64,000 nt of DNA from Octopus sinensis. Its lineage: Eukaryota. The DNA lies in the NCBI RefSeq assembly GCF_006345805.1, contig NC_043004.1, forward strand, positions 8,742,001-8,806,000, written 5' to 3'. Made by a program: the position numbers and the translations under genes. The notes below the pieces were generated by a model that did not search any database, was not told the origin of the DNA, and saw nothing but the letters and a program-made list of their open reading frames with translations. How positions within the stretch are numbered: the stretch's first letter is position 1; each line of letters begins with the position of its first letter. Of this stretch, positions 59,811 through 64,000 are shown piece after piece.

Positions 59811-62179
59811 TCTGCTTAGAGTAGAAAAGAATAATTTCTACTCAAACCAAGTCTCAAACTCCGAAATATGCATTTAATCTCATCGTCTTTGCGGATTCAC
59901 ACGTTTCTTTTGTTTTCTAAATTTTTAAAAATATACACAAGAAAGCTTGTGACAGAACGAAGGTGTCCCTGTGACATAATAACTAAAGCTAAAAATGGCC
60001 ATCAATTGGGAAAAGAAGCTTTGTTCAATGTTTGAATGCCTGAGATGAGTTTTTATATGTTTATGAGTTTGCTGCTGCTTCTGCATCATTATCATCGTCG
60101 TCGCTAGTGTCCATGTTGCATTTTTGCAAGGATTGGACAGTTTGACAGGATCCAACAGGTCCAGGGATGGTCTCATGCTCCAGTGTCTGTTTGAGGCTGG
60201 TTTCTAGGGCTGGATGCCCTTCCTATTGCCAACCAATTTACAGAGTCTGCAAGGCGCCCTTTTTTGTATGCCACCAGCACAAATGAGTTCATCATGCAGC
60301 TTACAAGATTCTGAAAACTGAGGAGGCAAGGGTCAGCTTCATGCTAGTGGATGAAAGGTCAAAGCCTGAATGGACAGGTGAGGGCTAGAACAGGCTCTTG
60401 TTGTAGAGAAGCTGCCTGGCCACTGACCTTCAGAAAAGAGGACTGTATGAGCTGCATGGGTTGACTGGTCTGGCAGGAACTGGTAAATTAGAAGACTGTA
60501 TGAAGTTCTGCTGTTTGCATTGGCATGGTTCCTATGGCTAGATGCCCTTCCTAATGCCAACCATTTCACAGAGTCTGCTGGGTTTTTTTTTTCATATGGC
60601 AGCAGCAGCAGTGAGGTTGGCAAGAAACTTGCAGGAGAAGACCCTCACTCAATTGAGGGCGGGAGGTGGTTTTGTGTGAAGTGAGGAGAATTTAGGGTGG
60701 GAATAGAGGGTCAGAAATATGTTTCTTGCAGTAGAGAAGGAGGAGATAGAGAGCTGCCTGGATGAGAGAAGGGACAGAGAGAGAGATGAAGATGTAATGG
60801 TGTGGAGGTAGGCTTAAGTTACAGGGAGGTTTATAGAAGTAGAAGCAAGGATTGGATAGAGCGAGTGGATGGGTAAGTTCGTAAGGGTACTGGGAGATGG
60901 AGGGGAGGGAATATAGTGAATGGACAGAAATAGAGGGAGGGGGTGTCTGGAGGATATATTGTGGTGGGGGGGGAGATCTAATTAAGCTACATTTCAACAT
61001 GTTCTTTGGGATTCATTAACAAATGAAATTCATGTTAATAAACTTTTAATTTACTCCTTTTTACCAGATTCAAGAACACACTAAAAAAAAAAGAAGTTGC
61101 CCACCTGCAATAATGTAATATACGTCTGTTACCCAGCGATGTTCACCCTTAACTTGTCTGTGTCTTATTTTTATCAAAAATATTTTTTGGGTGCAAAACA
61201 TGTATTTCGAGCCTTATGAAGAATATTGCATGTCAGTAAGATGCAACGATCTGTTTTATCTTGCCATGAATGATTTGTTTTTCTCGAAAATGAGGGGTTC
61301 AATAATTTGTTGGTAGACCTACACATGTATACCCTTTCCCTGTTCCTTCATAATCTTCTAAATGATGGATGGTTTTTCATGAATTTTGTTTTAGACATAC
61401 ATTTTACATAGCGTAGATTAAGATTATTGTTGTGCAAAATGATTTTTGGAGTGAGTGTGAGGAGTTTGGGATTATTGACACAAGTTGACTTTGTTTCCTC
61501 ATAGCTTTCAATGTATCACGATTGGAATTTGATGCGGAAAAAGACAAAAAAAAAAACAAACCCAAAACCATATTGCAATCTACATCGTCTGCAACCGTGT
61601 TTCTTCCAAATTTTCTTTAAAACCCCAATATCCAATAAGGAAACAAAGTTGGGGGCAATTATCTCAAATTTGTTTATGTGCAATAAAGTATGCAATTGAA
61701 CAATTATCGTTGTAAGTTGATTATTGACCAGCAAATGACTGCTTAAACTGTATAATATTATGCGGTCAAGTAAGATCACATTCTCTTTGTAATATAGCAT
61801 CATGAACACATTCTCGCAGAATGTCTGATTAACCGTTACATTATGTTGTTCATGGAAAAATTCGCTTCAATTTCGTTTAGTATCACACTGTTGGATGGTG
61901 GACGGACTCAACGTTCAGAAGGACATTTGTAAGGAGACTCACTAAAATGTAGAGGGAGGCAACTCTGTACTACTGAGTTGCCTCCCTCTAAAAGTGTCTT
62001 GTCTTGGCGCAGATCTTATAATTTACAAGAAATCTTGGCCGTAAACCTTTTTGAATATTATCCGTTCCTTACTTGGTTCTATGGCACCGAACTTCCCGCT
62101 TTAAAATGTCTGAATTTAGATTATAATCTTTCGACATGAGTCAATGTATGAACTCGGTTTCAGTTGCAATTTAAACAAC

Positions 62180-62500
62180 CACATGGATTCGGGTTCAGTC
62201 CCACTGTGTGGCACCGTGGGCAAATGTCTTCTACTATAGCCTCGGGCTGACCAAAGCCTTGCGAGCGGGTCGTCTATACACACACACACACATACATACA
62301 TACATACATACATACACACACACATATATATTTGACAACCGATGTTGGTGTGTTTATGTCCCTGTAACTTAGTGGTTCAGCCAATGCGACCGATAGAACA
62401 GGCTTACAGAGAATAAGTCCTGGGGTCGATTTGTTCGACTAAATGCGGTGCTCCAGCATGGTCGCCGTCAAATGACTGAAACAAGTGAAAGAATAAAAGA
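62180..62500 (+). mobile_element. Family B tRNA-SINE
   Basis: B-box gggttcagtccc and conserved tail. Confidence 0.8.
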
Positions 62501-63059
62501 ATAGCAGCTTAAGAATTTTTCCCATGAAGAGGCCTGAGCTGGTAGGATCGTTAAGACGTCTTTATATTCTGAGTTCAAACTCTGCTGAGGGAGACTTTGC
62601 CTTTCATCCTTTTTGGGGTTGATAAATTAAGTACCAGTTGCGTACCAGGGTCAACATAATTGACAAGCCCCACCTTCCCCAAAATTGCTGGCCTTGTGCC
62701 AAAATTTGAAACCAATACTCTCTTTTACTCTTTTACTTGTTTCAGTCATTTGACTACGGCCATGCTGGAGCACTGCTTTTGTCAAGCAAATCGACATCAG
62801 GACTTATTCTTTGTAAGCCTAGTACTTATTCTATCGGTCCCTTTTGCCGAACTGCTATTTGTTTCTAAATTTCATTAAGCAATGAAAGATGGCCTCACAC
62901 ATTGCATGTCTGGAGAAAACATTTTCTGTCATTTTTCACATTAATCTGTAATGTTATCTCAAGTTTACTTCATGTGTGTGTGAATGTTTGGCTGTGGGAC
63001 TAACCCTGGAGTGAACTCTCGCCCAATTTTCAATAAATATGAGTGTGATCTTTGCCAGA

Positions 63060-63395
63060 GCAGCCAACTGGCTTCCGTGCCACTGGCACGTAAAAGACAG
63101 CATTCGAGCGTGATCGTTACCAACGTCGCCTTACTGACTCCTGTGCCGGTGGCATGTGTAAAAAGATTCGAGTGAGGTCATTGCCAGTACCGCCTGACCG
63201 GCCCCCGTGCCGGTGGCACGTAAAAAGCACCCACTACACTCCCGGAGTGGTTGGCATTAGGAAGAGCATCCAGCTGTAGAAACTCTGCCAGATCAAGTTT
63301 GGGACCTGGTGCAGCCATCTGGTTCGCCAGCCCTCAGTCAAAATCATCCAACCCATGCTAGCATGGAAAGCGGACGTTAAATGATGATGATGATT
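63060..63395 (+). mobile_element. Family A copy
   Basis: Units, core and tail. Confidence 0.85.
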
Positions 63396-63744
63396 TCTTC
63401 ATGTATTGTGTCTGTGTGAGTGTATGTGGTATTTGTGTATATGTGTAATTTCTCCCTCTTTCTCTCTTCACACACACACACACACACAACACACACACAC
63501 ACACACACACGTCCCTTTTAATGTCTATTTTTTGATGCTTGCATGGGTTAGATGAATATATTATGGCGGCGTAGTTGTACAGCTGGCTGCCTTTCCTGTT
63601 GCTAACCTTTACCTGTGTTTCAAGTAAGAGATATTTTATTCGACGTCTAAAGTGCAAACCAACTGAATGACCCATTGACAAAGGAAGGAACAGTAACATT
63701 ACTGCCTCTAGCGGAATGATTGCCAGAGAAGCAAACTTGAAGAT

Positions 63745-63785
63745 AAACACACACACACATACATGTGCACGTGCACACACACACA

Positions 63786-63827
<42 letters not shown>

Positions 63828-63842
63828 ATACACACACACATA
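63745..63842. repeat. (CA)n microsatellite (another at ~63467-63510)
   Basis: Direct inspection. Confidence 0.95.
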
Positions 63843-64000
63843 TTGTTCTCCTATTACAACTATGTTTAACCCTTTTGTTACCAACCCGGCTGAAACCGGC
63901 CCTGGGTCTGAGTACAAATGTTTTGTTTTCATAAGTTTTGAATTAAAATATTCCACCAAACCTAAGTCACAATTTATGTTCCTAACACTAGCTTAATGAT

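Noticed and set aside
57654-64000. Next ZNG1 exon (expected AVASMFWVD-like)
   Set aside because: No matching plus-strand exon with splice sites was found by eye. Presumed to lie beyond the window.

Overview
AT-rich, repeat-dense eukaryotic genomic DNA. The SINE/LINE families look like those of coleoid cephalopods (Octopus-like); this is an inference from repeat recognition. Three protein-coding genes are supported. (1) A complete 10-exon TRNAU1AP/SECp43 gene lies on the minus strand (CDS 29427->3890, 990 nt, 329 aa, all GT-AG, phases consistent). (2) ZDHHC16 palmitoyltransferase has an intronless CDS on the plus strand (34363-35511) and is head-to-head with TRNAU1AP. (3) The first four coding exons of the zinc metallochaperone ZNG1/CBWD lie on the plus strand (51227-57653), and the gene continues past the window. 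The rest is mostly transposon-derived: RTE-like LINE 3' ends with (ATG)n tails, two tRNA-type SINE families, mariner/Tc1 relics, Helitrons, a Hero-like LINE relic, fold-back MITEs and microsatellites. The most notable unexplained structure: two Penelope-type minimal hammerhead ribozyme motifs sit sense-oriented in TRNAU1AP intron 1, one with a compensatory G3:C8 core swap. A CpG-rich fold-back element with a 9-bp TSD is present twice in the divergent promoter interval. ZDHHC16 may be nested in, or share a promoter with, ZNG1. The frame downstream of the SECp43 stop contains only UGA stops for 254 codons. ZNG1 exon 4 has a duplicated splice donor that would create a poison extension. Repeat boundaries are approximate unless a TSD is quoted.
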